A stretch of DNA of 64,000 nt from an uncultured Chloroflexia bacterium (GTDB taxonomy: Bacteria > Chloroflexota > Limnocylindria > Limnocylindrales > CSP1-4), in contig CAVQPG010000016.1 of assembly GCA_963714675.1 (NCBI GenBank), forward strand, positions 10,988 to 74,987, read 5' to 3'. A model generated the notes under the pieces. It did no database searches, was not told the origin of the DNA, and saw only the letters and a program-made list of their open reading frames with translations. The stretch's first letter is position 1. Every line of letters starts with the position of its first letter. The position numbers were made by a program, and so were the translations under genes. Positions 38,822-50,407 of the stretch are shown in pieces.

Positions 38822-40081
38822 TCAGCGGTACTCGTCGACCGCTTCGTACATGGCCTCGATGTTCTCGGGTGGGATGTCCGGGAGCATGTTGTGGGCGGTG
38901 GCGAAGACGAATCCACCACCCGGCGCCAGCGCCTCGATGTTGCGCCGGACGTGGTCGCGCACCTCATCGGGCGTGCCCCGGGGCAGCACCTTCCGCGTGT
39001 CGGCACCGCCGCCCCAGAAGGTGATGTCATCGCCGAAGGCCCGCTTGAGCTTCTCGGGCTCCATGTCGCGGGCGCTGATCTGCACCGGGTTGAGGATGTC
39101 CACGCCGGTCTCGATGATGTCCGGCAGCAGGTCATAGAGCGACCCGCAGCTGTGCAGGAACGTCTTCATCGAGCTGCGCTCGTGGACGTAGGCATTGAGG
39201 GCGGCATGGCGTGGCTTGAAGATGGCGCGGTAGGTGTCGGGCGACATCAGGGGACCGTTGTCCATGCCCAGGTCATCGCCGAAGCGCACGATGTCGACCA
39301 GGTCGCCGACCGACTCGATGACGTGGTCGAGCGTTTCGAAGTGCACCTCCAGCAGCGCGTCGAGCAGGCGCTCCACGTTGGCCTGATCGACCACCAGGTC
39401 CATGAGGAAGTTGTCGATGCGGCGCAGGAACGTGCCCCACTCGAAGAGGTTGCAGCCGACCACCACCATCAGTGCCCGGTCGGTCGACGCACGCAGCGCC
39501 ATCGTCCGGGTTCGCAGCGTCTCCCAGAATCCCTCGTCGCCGGCGTGATCCCAGGGGCTGTGGACGAGCCCCGACCAGAGCACCAGCGGCATGACCCGGG
39601 GCAGGTCCGTGAGGTCGTCGGGATAGCCATCGAGGTAGGGGAAGTAGGTCTGGTCGAAGAAGGCGGCACCCTTGGGCATGGCCGCGATGCGCAGTCCCTC
39701 GTCGGTGAAGGCCTCGAGGGCGCCGTCCGGCTGCAGCACCGGGTCGAACCAGACGGGGATCTCGGTGGCGACGCCGCTGGGCAGTGTCAGCGGCTTCCAG
39801 TCGGCGTCGTCGGCGTCGAACGTGCGGCCGATGTCCACCGCGTCGATGCGCAAGCGGTCGAGCAGCTCGTCCGACGGTTGGGCCAGCTGCTGCACGACGT
39901 CGTACACGCGCGTGCGCTGGTCGGCGGTTCCGAGGTGCCTGACCAGGTTGGCATGGGCGACCGCGGAGATGCCCGAGCTGGGGTTGGAGCCGAGGTCGAC
40001 CGCCAGCCGGTCCGGCTCACGATGCTCGATCGTCGCGAGGACGCGCTCGCGCGCGGTCATCGCTGTTCCCGGTTCGGCCAT
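38822..40081 (-). CDS. URO-D-family (MtaA/CmuA-type) methyltransferase
   Basis: Intact ORF. I prefer ATG 40081 (MAEPGTAMTARERVLATIEHREPDRLAVDLG) after GGAGGA rather than 40096. It has an H-S-C-G motif (FLHSCGS) and the family C-terminus ..PPENIEAMYEAVDEY. Confidence 0.8.
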   Translation of the reverse strand: MAEPGTAMTARERVLATIEHREPDRLAVDLGSNPSSGISAVAHANLVRHLGTADQRTRVYDVVQQLAQPSDELLDRLRIDAVDIGRTFDADDADWKPLTLPSGVATEIPVWFDPVLQPDGALEAFTDEGLRIAAMPKGAAFFDQTYFPYLDGYPDDLTDLPRVMPLVLWSGLVHSPWDHAGDEGFWETLRTRTMALRASTDRALMVVVGCNLFEWGTFLRRIDNFLMDLVVDQANVERLLDALLEVHFETLDHVIESVGDLVDIVRFGDDLGMDNGPLMSPDTYRAIFKPRHAALNAYVHERSSMKTFLHSCGSLYDLLPDIIETGVDILNPVQISARDMEPEKLKRAFGDDITFWGGGADTRKVLPRGTPDEVRDHVRRNIEALAPGGGFVFATAHNMLPDIPPENIEAMYEAVDEYR

Positions 40082-40162
40082 GTCTCGCTCCTCCATCGTT
40101 CATGCGGTCCCGTCGTCCGGCGATAGCAGCCAGGGTCCGCTCCCGGCCTGCTCAGGGTTTGA

Positions 40163-40928
40163 TCAGCCCATCCAGGCACCGCCGGTCACGTTCACGATGG
40201 CCCCGGTCATGAAGCTGGCATGGTTGGAGGCGAGGAAGACCGCGACCGCTGCCACCTCGGCTGGATCGGCTTGGCGGCCGAGTGGCGTGCTCTCGACGAA
40301 CGCCTGCGTTGCTGGCGTAAATCCGGCACGCTGCATGGGTGTGTCGACGATGCCGGGTGCGATGCTATTCACGCGGATGCCGTGGGGGCCGAAGTGCCGC
40401 GCCATCGCATACGTGAGCGAGATGATGCCGCCCTTGGATGACGCGTACGCCGGTGCCGAGCTGGGACCGCCGGTCGTTCCCGAGAGTGAGCTGAAGGTGC
40501 AGATGCTGCCGTCCGCCCCGGTCTGACGCATATGCTCTCCGGCGACTCGCGCCAGGAAGAAGGTGGACTTCAGGTTCGTGTCGAGCTGCCAGTCCCAGGC
40601 TGCCTCGCTCACGTCCTCGAAGGGCTCGCGCTTGAACACGCCCGCCGCGAGCACGACGGCACGGACATCACCCAGGTTCGTCGCTGCAGCCTCGACCAGG
40701 TCAGCGTGGGCCCCCAGATCGTTCACATCGACGCTCACGGCCTGGTGCGGCCCTCCAGGTAGTGAGTCGACCACGGCGCATACGTCGACGCGCTTCAAGT
40801 CAACGGCACAGACCCGAGCACCGACCGCGGCGAATGCTCTGGCGCTGGCCTCGCCGATGCCCGAAGCAGCGCCGGTGACGATGACACCGTGGGAGCTCGA
40901 GACCCCAGCCTCCGCGCGTGCCGTCCAC
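40163..40928 (-). pseudogene. short-chain dehydrogenase/reductase (SDR), frame broken near the 5' end
   Basis: The body is in ORF 40163..40798 (catalytic YASSK). The cofactor motif VIVTGAASGIG is in the same frame upstream, but has no start codon. The GTG at 40928 (VDGTRGGWGLEL..) is one frame off, and removing one C at about 40875 joins them. Confidence 0.7.
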
Positions 40929-40935
40929 GGCTCGC

Positions 40936-41698
40936 TTAGGAGCCTTCGGTGGCGAGCCGCAGGTCGTCGGCGACAGCGCTGAGATGTGCAGACATCTCCT
41001 CGCGCGCCCGCTCCGGGTCACGCTTGCGGAGCGCCTCGACGATGCGGCGATGGCCATCGATCCCGTGATCGGGTCCGAGCCTGGTCTTGGCGACCTTGCG
41101 GCGCAACTCGATCTGGAGCTCCGCGACGGAACCCAGGACGATGACGTAGAGGGGGTTGTGTGCGGCCTCTGCGAGGACCATGTGGAACTCCAGGTCACGA
41201 TTGACGAGTGCCGTCGGTGTCTGCCATGGAGGTAGCCGATTCGATGACCAGGACTTCGAGCTTCTCGATCTGCTCGTCGCCAGCACGCGTGGCGGCATGT
41301 GCCGCGATCTCCGGCTCCAGCCCGGATCGCAACTCCATGAGATCGACGATCGAGACGACGCTGCCCCCGATCACCGATACGAGTTCCGGGTCGATGAGGC
41401 GCCAGCGCTGTCGAGGGGTAACGCGCATGCCTGAGCCTTGCACGACCTCGACCAGCCCCTTGGTGCTGACGATGCGGACCGCTTCCCGGACCGCAGACTT
41501 GCCCACCGAGTACTCCCGCACCAGCTCCGCTTCGGTCGGCAGCAACGTGCCTGCTTCGAGGTCACCTTCGACGATCTGGCGGATGAGGCGGCTGGCGATC
41601 TGGTCCGGTATCCGGGTGCGCTGCACGGCTGATGCCGAGCGGGCCGGTGTCCGCTCGCTACCGAGGGTGGCGGACCCCGGAGGGCGTGGCCCAGTCAA
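40936..41698 (-). pseudogene. GntR/FadR-family transcriptional regulator, frame broken once
   Basis: The winged helix (PTEAELVREYSVGKSAVREAVRIVSTKGLV) is in ORF 41195..41698. The FCD domain tail (DLEFHMVLAEAAHNPLY..) is in ORF 40936..41298. The switch is at about 41235. Confidence 0.75.
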
Positions 41699-43217
41699 GC
41701 GAGGTCCTTCATGATCTTCTCGCTGATCTCGTCGTAGACGCGCGAGTTCTCGATCTCGGCCACGATGCGGCCGCCTTTCATGACCAGGATGCGATCAGCG
41801 AGCCGGACCATCTCGGGCATGTCGCTGGAGATCAGCAGGATGGCCTTGCCCGACCGGGCCAGGTCCCAGATGAGCTCGTGCAGGGCGTCCTTGGTCTTGA
41901 TGTCGATACCGATGGTGGGTTCGTCGACGATGAGGATGTCGGCCTCTGCGGCGAGCCACTTGGCGATGCTGACCTTCTGCTGGTTGCCGCCGCTGAGATT
42001 GCCCACGGTCTGCTCCAGCGACGGCGTGCGCACGTCGAGCTCCTCGGCATACTTGGCGGCGATCGCCCGCTCCTCGGCGCCGGGCACCCAGCCCAGAGCG
42101 CGGGATAGGCGACGCCACAGGGTCACCGAGATGTTGAAGATGATGTCCTTGTCCAGGATCAGCCCGTCGTTCTTGCGATCCTCGCTGACATAGCCGATGT
42201 GATAGCGGCCCAGCGCTTCGGCGACACTGCCGATCCTGGCTTCCTTGCCGTTCACGAGCGATGGTGCCGCCGGTGACCTCGACTGGCGCCGATGACGGCG
42301 TGGGCGAGCTCGGTGCGCCCCGCGCCAACCAGTCCATACAGGCCCAGGATCTCGCCGGGGAAGACCTCCAGGCTGGCTCCCACGACGCCGTCGATGGTGT
42401 CCACGTCGCTGAGCGTGAGGGCGGCCTGATCGCCCCTTGGCGGTCGCTCCGGCAGGTCGGCATCCTTCCTGGTGCGACCGATCATCCACGAGACGAGCTG
42501 GTCGCGGGTGAGGCCCTCCAAGCGGTTCGCCGGAAGCTACGTTCTTGCCGTCACGCAGGACCGTCACGCGGTCGCATAGCTCGAAGACCTCTTCCAGCTT
42601 GTGCGTGACTACGAGCACGGCCACGCCGCGATCGCGCAGCGAGCGCAGGATCTCGAAGAGGTGCGCGGCCTCGTGCGGGGTGATCGAGGCGGTGGGCTCG
42701 TCGAGCAACAGCACCCGGCTCTCCAGGGCCAGGGCACGCACGATCTCGACCTGCTGCATCTCCGCGGCAGAGAGCCGAACAGCCTGCCGGGTCACGGGAA
42801 TGTCCAGGTCCATGACTTCCAGCCAGCGGGCGGCCTCGCGGTTGACGGTGTCGTAGTCGACGAAGACCGAGCCGCGCAGGGGCATGCGCTCGATGAGGAT
42901 GTTCTCGCCGACCGAGAACTCGGGGATGAGGTTGCGCTCCTGGGGCACCGAGGCGATGCCGGCTTCGATCGACTCGCGCGGGTCTGCCGAACTGGACGTC
43001 CTGGCCGTCCATGCGCAGCGTTCCGCTGTCCTGGCCATAGAGGCCGGTGATGATCTTGATGAGCGTCGACTTGCCGGCGCCGTTCTCGCCCACGAGGGCG
43101 TGGATCTCGCCGCCCTTGAGCTCGAGCGAGACAGTCGTCCAGGGCCTGCACGCCGGGGAAGGCCTTGCTGACGCCCATGGCCTCGAGCGCGACCGTGTGT
43201 CGCAGCTGGTCGGTCAT
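41695..43217 (-). pseudogene. two-domain sugar ABC transporter ATP-binding protein, about five to six frame breaks
   Basis: The ATG 43217 segment [28 protein letters not shown], Walker [13 protein letters not shown] (ORF 42551..43093), LLLDEPTAS, the second Walker A GLVGAGRTEL (ORF 42252..42521), and LSGGNQQK/IVDEPTIGID (ORF 41695..43038) lie in different frames. Confidence 0.8.
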
Positions 43218-43218
43218 C

Positions 43219-44213
43219 TCAGCGTCCTCTGCGGGCACGCCCGACCTGGTGGCCACGTGGCTGGCATAGACGGTACCGAGGATGAACAGCCCGAGCAACA
43301 GCTCCACGTAGATGGGGTCGATACCGAGGTGCACGAGCGAGTTGTCGATGATGGCGATGATGAGCGCCGCAAGGATGAGGCCGATGATGCGCACCGATCC
43401 TCCGGTCAGCGCCACGCCGCCGATGATGGGCACGGCGAAGGAGACCAGCAGCCAGGACTGGCCGATCTGGGGCTGAGCTGCGCCCAGCTGCGCGGCCCAG
43501 AGCATGCCCGCACGCGCCCGCCAGCAGTCCGGAGATGACGTGCGCCCAGACGATGCGCCGGCCCACCGGGATGCCCGCTGTCTGGGCGGCGCCGAGGTTG
43601 CCACCCACGGCCAGGATCTGGCGTCCCACCAGCGTGCGGTAGAAGAACACCGCGAGGGCACCCAGGGTCGCGAGCGTGATGAAACCCATCAGCGGGGAAG
43701 AAGCCCAGGCGGGCCTGGCCGAAGGCCGTGAAGCCCAGCATCGAGGTCGTAGTACGGCTGGGCGTTGGTGATACCCAGGGTCAGCCCCAGGAAGACGCTG
43801 GCGGTGGCGATGGTCACGATGAAGGCATTGAGGCCCGTGCGCGCCACGATGATGCCGTTGAGCGCGCCGCAGGCCGCGCCGGTAGCGAGGCCCCCACCGA
43901 TAGCCAGCCACACCGGCAGGCCCCAGGCGTCCATGATGCCGCCCGCAGCGATGGCGGCGAGGCCGCCGATGCCGCCGACCGAGAGGTTCATCTGGCCGAT
44001 CGACAGGACCGTCATCTGCGCGGCTCCGATGAGCACCGCTGTGGCCACGCTGCGCAACACCACGAAGACGTTGAAGTCGGACAGGAACGAGTCCGACATG
44101 AACGACATCATGACCACGATCACGATGAGGATGGTCAGCAGGCCGGCCCAGCTGTACTGCGACAGCCTCGAGATCCAGCGGCGCCCGTCCGCCATCGATG
44201 CCGACCGCGTCAC
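43219..44213 (-). pseudogene. sugar ABC transporter permease (CUT2), at least three frame breaks
   Basis: Hydrophobic segments are split between ORFs 43689..44213, 43219..44223 and 42792..43661. Confidence 0.7.
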
Positions 44214-45185
44214 TTGCGTGCACCCAGTGAGAGACGCGTCATGGTGACCGAACGGACGCGGTCAAGGCTGACTGCCAGTAGCAGGATGAGACCCAGGAAG
44301 AAGTTCACGAAGAAGTTGCTGACGTTGAGCAGGAGCACGCCGTTGGTGATGCCGGCGACCAGGAAGCCGCCGACGATGGCCCCACCGACCGACACGCTGC
44401 CGCCGGTGATGGCGGTGCCGCCGATGACGGCGATGGCGAACGAGGGCAGGAGCCAGTCCATGCCGATACGCGGGACCGCGTCGGCGAGCATGGCCGCGGT
44501 CATGATGCCCGCCAGGCCCGCTAGCAGTCCCGAGAGCATGTGGGTCTTGATGATGGTGGCGCCCACGGGGATGCCGGACATGGCTGCGGCGCGGCGATTG
44601 GATCCGACGGCCAGGATCTCGCGGCCCAACTTGGTCTTGTTGTAGAGCAACCACAACAGAACGGCTGCCAGCAGCATCACCAGCACCAGCGGCGAGACCG
44701 GGAAGCCGAGGACGCGGATGCGGCTGAAGGTCAGGAACGCCGAGGGCAGGTCGTCATAGCTCTGTGCCTGGGTGATGGCCAGCATCAAGCCCGTGAAGAC
44801 GCTGGCGGTGGCGAGGGTGATGATGAAGCTGTTGATGCCTGTGCGGACGGTGAGCACGCCGTTGAGGGTTCCCATCAGAGCGCCCAGCGCGAGGGCGATG
44901 GGGATGGCCAGGAAGGGCGAGAGGGCGAACACCTCCATCAGTCCACCGGCACACATCGCCACGCCGCCGCCGATGGCCCCCAGCGAGAGGTTCATCTCGC
45001 CCGCGGAAAGGGCGATCATCTGCCCGAATGCGATGACGATCTGCACGGCTGCGAAACGCAGCAGGGTGAACAGGTTGAAGTCGCTCAGGAAGCCTTGGGC
45101 GAAGATGGCGAACGACGCCCAGAAGACGAAGCGTCACGGCCAGCAAGCCAAGCCTGGATTGGTTGCGCCGGAGGGCGTTTCTCAT
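44210..45185 (-). pseudogene. sugar ABC transporter permease (CUT2), frame broken once near the 5' end
   Basis: The body is in ORF 44210..45046. The N-terminus MRNALRRNQSRLGLLAVTLRLL.. is in ORF 44754..45185. The switch is at about 45110. Confidence 0.75.
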
Positions 45186-45313
45186 CAGCCTCTAGTGCAG
45201 TCTCCGGCGGCCGCGTCGCGGCTGACTCGAGGCGCGGTACCGGCAGTGGCTGGACTCGCGATGGGCGGCCCTCGAACGGGCCGCCCACGCTGTCGTGCTG
45301 GCCTAGGGGCAGG

Positions 45314-46346
45314 TCAGGTACTGCAGTGGGGAACGATCTCGGCGATGCCGGCGGTGACGACCTTGAGGTCATCGCCGTAGCTCTCGACGTTGTCGGCATC
45401 GATCAGCAGCGTGCCCGAGTCCACGAAGTACGGGGCATCTTCTGCCACAGTGCAACCCTTGGCCAGCATGGCCAGGATCTTGGAACCCACGAACGCCTGT
45501 CCGTAGGGGTTCTGGGCCATGGTGCCGTCGATGATGCCGTCACGGATGGCGTCGAGAACGATGGGGTCATCGTCGATGCCGACCATACGGATGCGGCCGT
45601 CACCGAGGTTGCGCAGCGCCGTCGCCGACACGGTGGAGGGCACGTAGGCCGTCGTCACGATGCCGTCGATCTCGTCGCCACGAGCCGCCAGGAACGAGTT
45701 GATCTTCTCGTCTGCTGACTCCTGGTCGTCGATGTCGGCGAGGTGCTCCACGATGGTGACCGCGCCGTCGGTCTCAGCCACCGCACGCTCGACCGCGTCG
45801 ATGCGAAGCGTCGTGTTGGGGTCGACGAGGAAGCCGGTGCCGTGCATGATCGCGCCTTCGCCACCCATGGCCTCGATCAGCGCCTTGGTGCCGAGGTAGG
45901 CAGAGTTGGCCACGTCGGTGCCGAAGCAGAAGGCCGCGTCGGTGGGCTCGGTCACACAGCCGGCGATGGCCATGACCGGGAAGCCGGCTGCAGACAGCTC
46001 GCTCATGATGGCGTTGGTGGCGTTGGCGTCACCGGGGAAGATGCCGAAGGCGTTGAAGCCCTGGGCGGCCATGCTGTTGAGGAGCTGGTTCTGGTCGTTC
46101 GAGGTTCCACGCGGGCGGAGCGCGGAATTCGCTCTCACCGAGTCCGTTCGCCTGCGACGGAGTCGGCCAGGCCGGGCTCCATGGGCAGGAAGTAGGGGTG
46201 CGGGCCGCCGGGGACGATCGCGACGCGGACGTCGGAGAAGTCCATCTCCTCTGCCTGCGCGACGGCCGGCGCGGCGATCGCGAGACGCCATGAGTGCGCT
46301 GAGGCCCAAGCCTCCTAGTCGGATGGCCCGTGATACTGGTTGCCAT
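45314..46346 (-). pseudogene. sugar ABC transporter substrate-binding protein (CUT2), several frame breaks in the 5' quarter
   Basis: ATG 46346 follows GGAGG. The signal peptide and mature N-terminus (..LAIAAPAVAQAEEMDFSDVRVAIVPGGPHPYFLPMEPGLADS..) are readable only by hopping frames between 46100 and 46310. The rest (NDQNQLLNSMAAQGFNAFGIFPGD...) is in ORF 45314..46309. Confidence 0.7.
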
Positions 46347-46634
46347 CTGTACCTCCAAGGGTTCGTGGATGACGAAGAGCGTTGTGCGATGGTGACTGGC
46401 GCCGTGGGCCGTCACCGGGCAGCGAGTCGTACCGCTGCCGTCGAGTCGATGTTCCCGGTCCGGTCTGTCCACCTCCCCTCACTCGTCGTGCTCGATCGAC
46501 GGTCCTCCCTGACGGCGATCACACAGCGGCTGTAGCAGGTCAGCTGTTGAGCGTATCACCTGATGAATATGCTATGTTGGCGCGCAATGAATGCCTGAAT
46601 GGTCACCCACATCCACCACAACGCCTCAGGATCG

Positions 46635-47811
46635 ATGCTCACCAGCAACGCCCGCGTACGGGCGGCCCTCGAGCACCGCGAGCCCGACCGCGTCCGCTCG
46701 ACTTCGGGGGAGCCGAGGTGGCGGGCATCAACGTCCACACCATGCGCAGGCTGCGCGCAGCGATCTTGGCCTGAGCCCGGAGGTACGAGGTCGACGAGCA
46801 CGCGTCATCCAGACCGGCAAGATCGGCGATGACCTCATCGAGCGACTGGGCGTGGACGTCAAGATCGTGCCGCCGAACGAGCCTCCTCCGACCGGGGCCT
46901 CGAGCAGGACCTCGGGCTCGTCGGCGACCACTACCGCTACATCGACGAGTTCGGCATCGGTTGGCAGATGCCGAAGGTCGGCGGGCACTACTACGACCTC
47001 TATCTGCATCCCTTCGCCGGCGTCGATACGGTCGAGGAGGTCGAGGGCTACCCCTGGCCGGATATGCTCGATCCGCGCTCGCTTCGCGGGCATGAAGGAG
47101 CACGCGCGGGCGGTCGCTCGCGACGAGCAGAAGGCAGTCTTTCTCGGCCGGGCCAGCTCGGGCATGTGGGAGCACGTCATGTGGATGACGGGCTACGAGA
47201 AGTACTACATGGACATGGTCATCAACCCCAAGCTCTGCCAGGCCAAGATGGAGAAGATCCTCGAGCTCAAGATGCAGTACTGGGGCCGGGTCCTCGAGCT
47301 GGTCGAGGAGGACTACGTCGTCGTCTCCTGCGCTGACGACCTTGGTGGCCAGAACGGACTGCTGGTCTCGCTCGATATGTACCAGGAGCTGGTCTGGCCC
47401 TACCACCGGCGCCTGTTCCAGTTCCTCAAGTCGACGCCATCGAAGGCCAAGGTCTACGTCTTCTTCCACAACGATGGCGCCATCTACGAGACGCTGCCGC
47501 TGCTGATCGAGGCCGGCGTCGACATCATCAATCCCTGGCAGGTCAACTGCGCGGGCATGGATGACACCGCCAAGTTCAAGCGCGAGTTCGGCAAGCGACC
47601 TCACGGTCTGGGGCGGCAGCTGCGACACGCAGCGGGTGCTGCCCTTCGGGACGCCGCAGGAGGTGCGCGACGAGACGCAGTCGCCGCATCGACGACCTGG
47701 CGCCCGGCGGCGGCTACGTCTTCGCGCCCATCCACATCATCCAGAACGGCGTGCCCATCGAGAACGTCATGGCCATGTGGGAGACACTCGCAGGAGGACG
47801 GCGTCTACTGA
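46635..47811 (+). pseudogene. URO-D-family methyltransferase paralogue, at least six frame breaks, Cys of the H-x-C-G motif replaced (H-N-D-G)
   Basis: MLTSNARVRAALEHREPDRV.., MPKVGGHYYDLYLHPFAGVDTVEEVEGYPWPDMLDP, the central block in ORF 46591..47811 (..VFFHNDGAIYETLPLLIEAGVDIINPWQ..), ..LTVWGGSCDTQRVLPFGTPQEVRDE.. and ..GGYVFAPIHIIQNGVPIENVMAMWET.. are in different frames. Confidence 0.7.
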
Positions 47812-47917
47812 GCCCGGGCATCGCGACGGCGCCAGCGCACCGCGGCATCTGGGCTTCGGTACGATGAGACGCCGAGCCGAGGGGCACTCGACCCGCCGTG
47901 ATCAGGGGAGTGATCGA

Positions 47918-48786
47918 ATGGCGAAGTTCGAAGGCCGAACCGGGCTCGTAACCGGAGCTGGCTCAGGCATCGGGGCCGCGACGGCTCGCCGTCTCATCGA
48001 GGACGGGGCGCGCGTCACTGGCATGGACCGCGACGAGGCGGCCTGGAGCGCACGAAGGCGGCGCTGGGCTCGCTGGCGGAACGGTTCACGCCGTTCGTCG
48101 GCGACGTCACCGACAAGGCCGCACGAGCCGCCGCCATCGCGGCTGCGGTGGACGCCGACGGCAGCACTGCACATGCTCGTCAACAACGCCGCGGTGTTCC
48201 TGCTGGCAGGCCCCGGCGCGACCGAGGAGCAATGGAACGAGACGCTGGCGGTCAACCTGCTGGCGCCCGCCTACCTCTCTGACGAAGCCACTCCGGCGCT
48301 CAGTCGGCGAGCGGCCGTGGCGCCATCGTCAACATCGCCAGCATCGCGGGTCACGTCGGGCAGATCGACCGCCAGACCTACAACGCCAGCAAGGGCGGCA
48401 TCCTCGAGCTGACGCGCTGCCAGGCGCTCGACCTGGCACCCCACAAGATCAGGTCCAACAGCGTGAGCCCCGGTTGGATCTGGACCGAGGTCCTGGAGCG
48501 CTTCTCCGAGGGCGATCGGCCCAAGTGGGAGGCCGTGTGGGGCAAGTACTGCGCGATGGACCGCTGCGCCGAGCCCAGCGAGGTGGCCGCGGCCATCGCC
48601 TTCCTGCTGAGCGACGACGCGAGCTTCGTGACCGGCGCCGACCTCCCGGTCGACGGCGGCTACCTCGCGCTAGGTCCCGAGGGCGGCTTCAAGCTGACGA
48701 CGCTGTCCGGGTCGCGAGGACGACTGAGGGATCAGCCGGCTGCGCCATCGTGGCGACAGGCACCCGAGCACGTCCATCGCACCTGA
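47918..48786 (+). pseudogene. short-chain dehydrogenase/reductase (SDR), about three frame breaks; 3' end uncertain
   Basis: ATG 47918 follows AGGGGAG, with the TGAGSGIG motif. The catalytic region YNASKGG and the tail ..FVTGADLPVDGGY are in the frame of ORF 48463..48786. Confidence 0.7.
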
Positions 48787-50287
48787 AGCGCTCGCATCTG
48801 AGGGCCCGATCTGCCACGAGATGATACTTCGTCTCGAGGTACTCGTCGAGGCCCCACTTGCCGCCTTCGCGGCCGAGGCCCGAATTCCTTGACGCCGCCG
48901 AACGGCGCCTGCGGGGTGGACGGCAGGCCGTCGTTGGCGCCGATGATGCCGTACTCGAGCGCTTCGGCGACGCGCATGAGGCGCGAAGCGTCGCGCGTGT
49001 ACAGATAGGCCGCCAGGCCGTAGGGCGTGTCGTTGGCCATGGCCACGGCGTCAGCCTCGTCGCTCGAAGCGCATCACGGGGGCGACGGGCCCGAACGTCT
49101 CCTCGGTCATGATGGCCATCCCGGGCTGGACGCCGGTGATGACGGTCGGCGCGAAGAAGCGGTCGGCATGGCCGTCAGGCGGCGGCAGTCGCTTGCCGCC
49201 GGTCACGATGGTGGCGCCGCCCGCGACGGCGTCGGCGACGTGCTCCTCGACCTTGGCGATCGCCCGGTCATCGACCAGCGGGCCGATGTGCGTGCCCGGA
49301 GCTGAACCCGTCGCCGACCGACGAGGGCCTCCGAAGCGGCCGTCAGCGCCTCGACGAAGCGGTCGTGGATGCCCGACTGCACGTAGACGCGATTCGCGCA
49401 GATGCAGGTCTGGCCGGCATTGCGGTACTTGGACGCGAGGGCCCCGGCGACCGCCAGGTCGAGGTCGGCGTCGTCGAACACGAGCACCGGTGCGTGTCCA
49501 CCGAGCTCCAGGCCCAGCCGCGTCACGTGCTCGGCTGCGAGCACCATGAGGCGCTTGCCGACCTCGGTGGAGCCGGTGAAGGACAGCGCACGCACGCGCG
49601 CGTCCGCGAGCAGGGTCTCGGCGATGACACCGGCCGTTCCGGGCACGACGTTGACGACGCCCGCAGGGATGCCCGCCTCGACGCAGAGCTCGCCGAGGGC
49701 CAATGCGCTCAGCGGCGTCTTGCTGGCGGGCTTCACGATCATCGTGCAGCCGGCGGCCAGCGCGGGGCCGAGCTTGCGCGTGATCATCGCCGAGGGCAGG
49801 TTCCAGGGCGTGATGGCCGCCGTGACGCCGATCGGCTGGCGAAGCACCAGGATGCGCTTATCGGGCACGAACGCCTGGACCACCTCGCCGTAGATACGCT
49901 TGGCCTCCTCCGCGCTCCACTCGATGAAGCCCGCGGCGTAGGCGATCTCCCCGCGCGATTCGGCTACCGGCTTACCGACTTCCAGCGTGATCAGCTGCGC
50001 CAGTCGGTCCTGGTCTCGCATCATGAGGTCGAACAGGCGGCGCATCACCTTGGCTCGCTCGCTGCCAGGAGCTCGCTGCCCAGGCAGGGAACGCTGCATG
50101 GGCAGCGTCGATGGCCGCGGTGACATCGGCTGCGCCTCCTTCGGGCACCGTCGCGATGAGCTCGTCGGTCGATGGGTTGCGCACTTCGATCTCGGCGCCC
50201 GCTTTGCGCGGCAACCCACTGGCCGCCGATCAATGCGCCGATCAGCGATGGCTCGCTCCCGTTGACATCAGTCGCCTCCCATGGCAT
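48732..50287 (-). pseudogene. NAD(P)-dependent aldehyde dehydrogenase (succinate-semialdehyde-dehydrogenase-like), about five frame breaks; both ends uncertain
   Basis: The core is in ORF 49203..50219 (FTGSTEVG, ELGGHAP, catalytic GQTCICANR). The N-terminal and C-terminal parts (..[15 protein letters not shown].., ..PFGGVKE..) are in other frames. Confidence 0.75.
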
Positions 50288-50407
50288 CCAGCGTTGCACC
50301 GCGCCCGTTTGCCAGCAAATCATCGGGTGATAGGATGAATACTATCCAAGGCGACCGCGCTCTGCCGGCTGGATCACGTCGGATGGCCGCACTGACAGGA
50401 GGAGTCG

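Noticed and set aside
46540-46600. Possible promoter/operator (ttgagcgtatcacctgatgaatatgctatgtt) upstream of the 46635 methyltransferase gene. It shares gcgt(t)atcac with the 14348 promoter region.
   Set aside because: The spacing between candidate -35 and -10 hexamers is not canonical (15 or 21 nt). The shared 9-10 nt could be chance, so it is not reported as a feature.
50329-50346. AT-richer imperfect inverted repeat gataggatgaatactatc in the divergent region between the aldehyde dehydrogenase and E1 alpha genes.
   Set aside because: Only the outer 5-bp arms and a few inner positions pair (about 13 of 18). It is a single occurrence and no regulator gene is adjacent, so this is too weak to call an operator.
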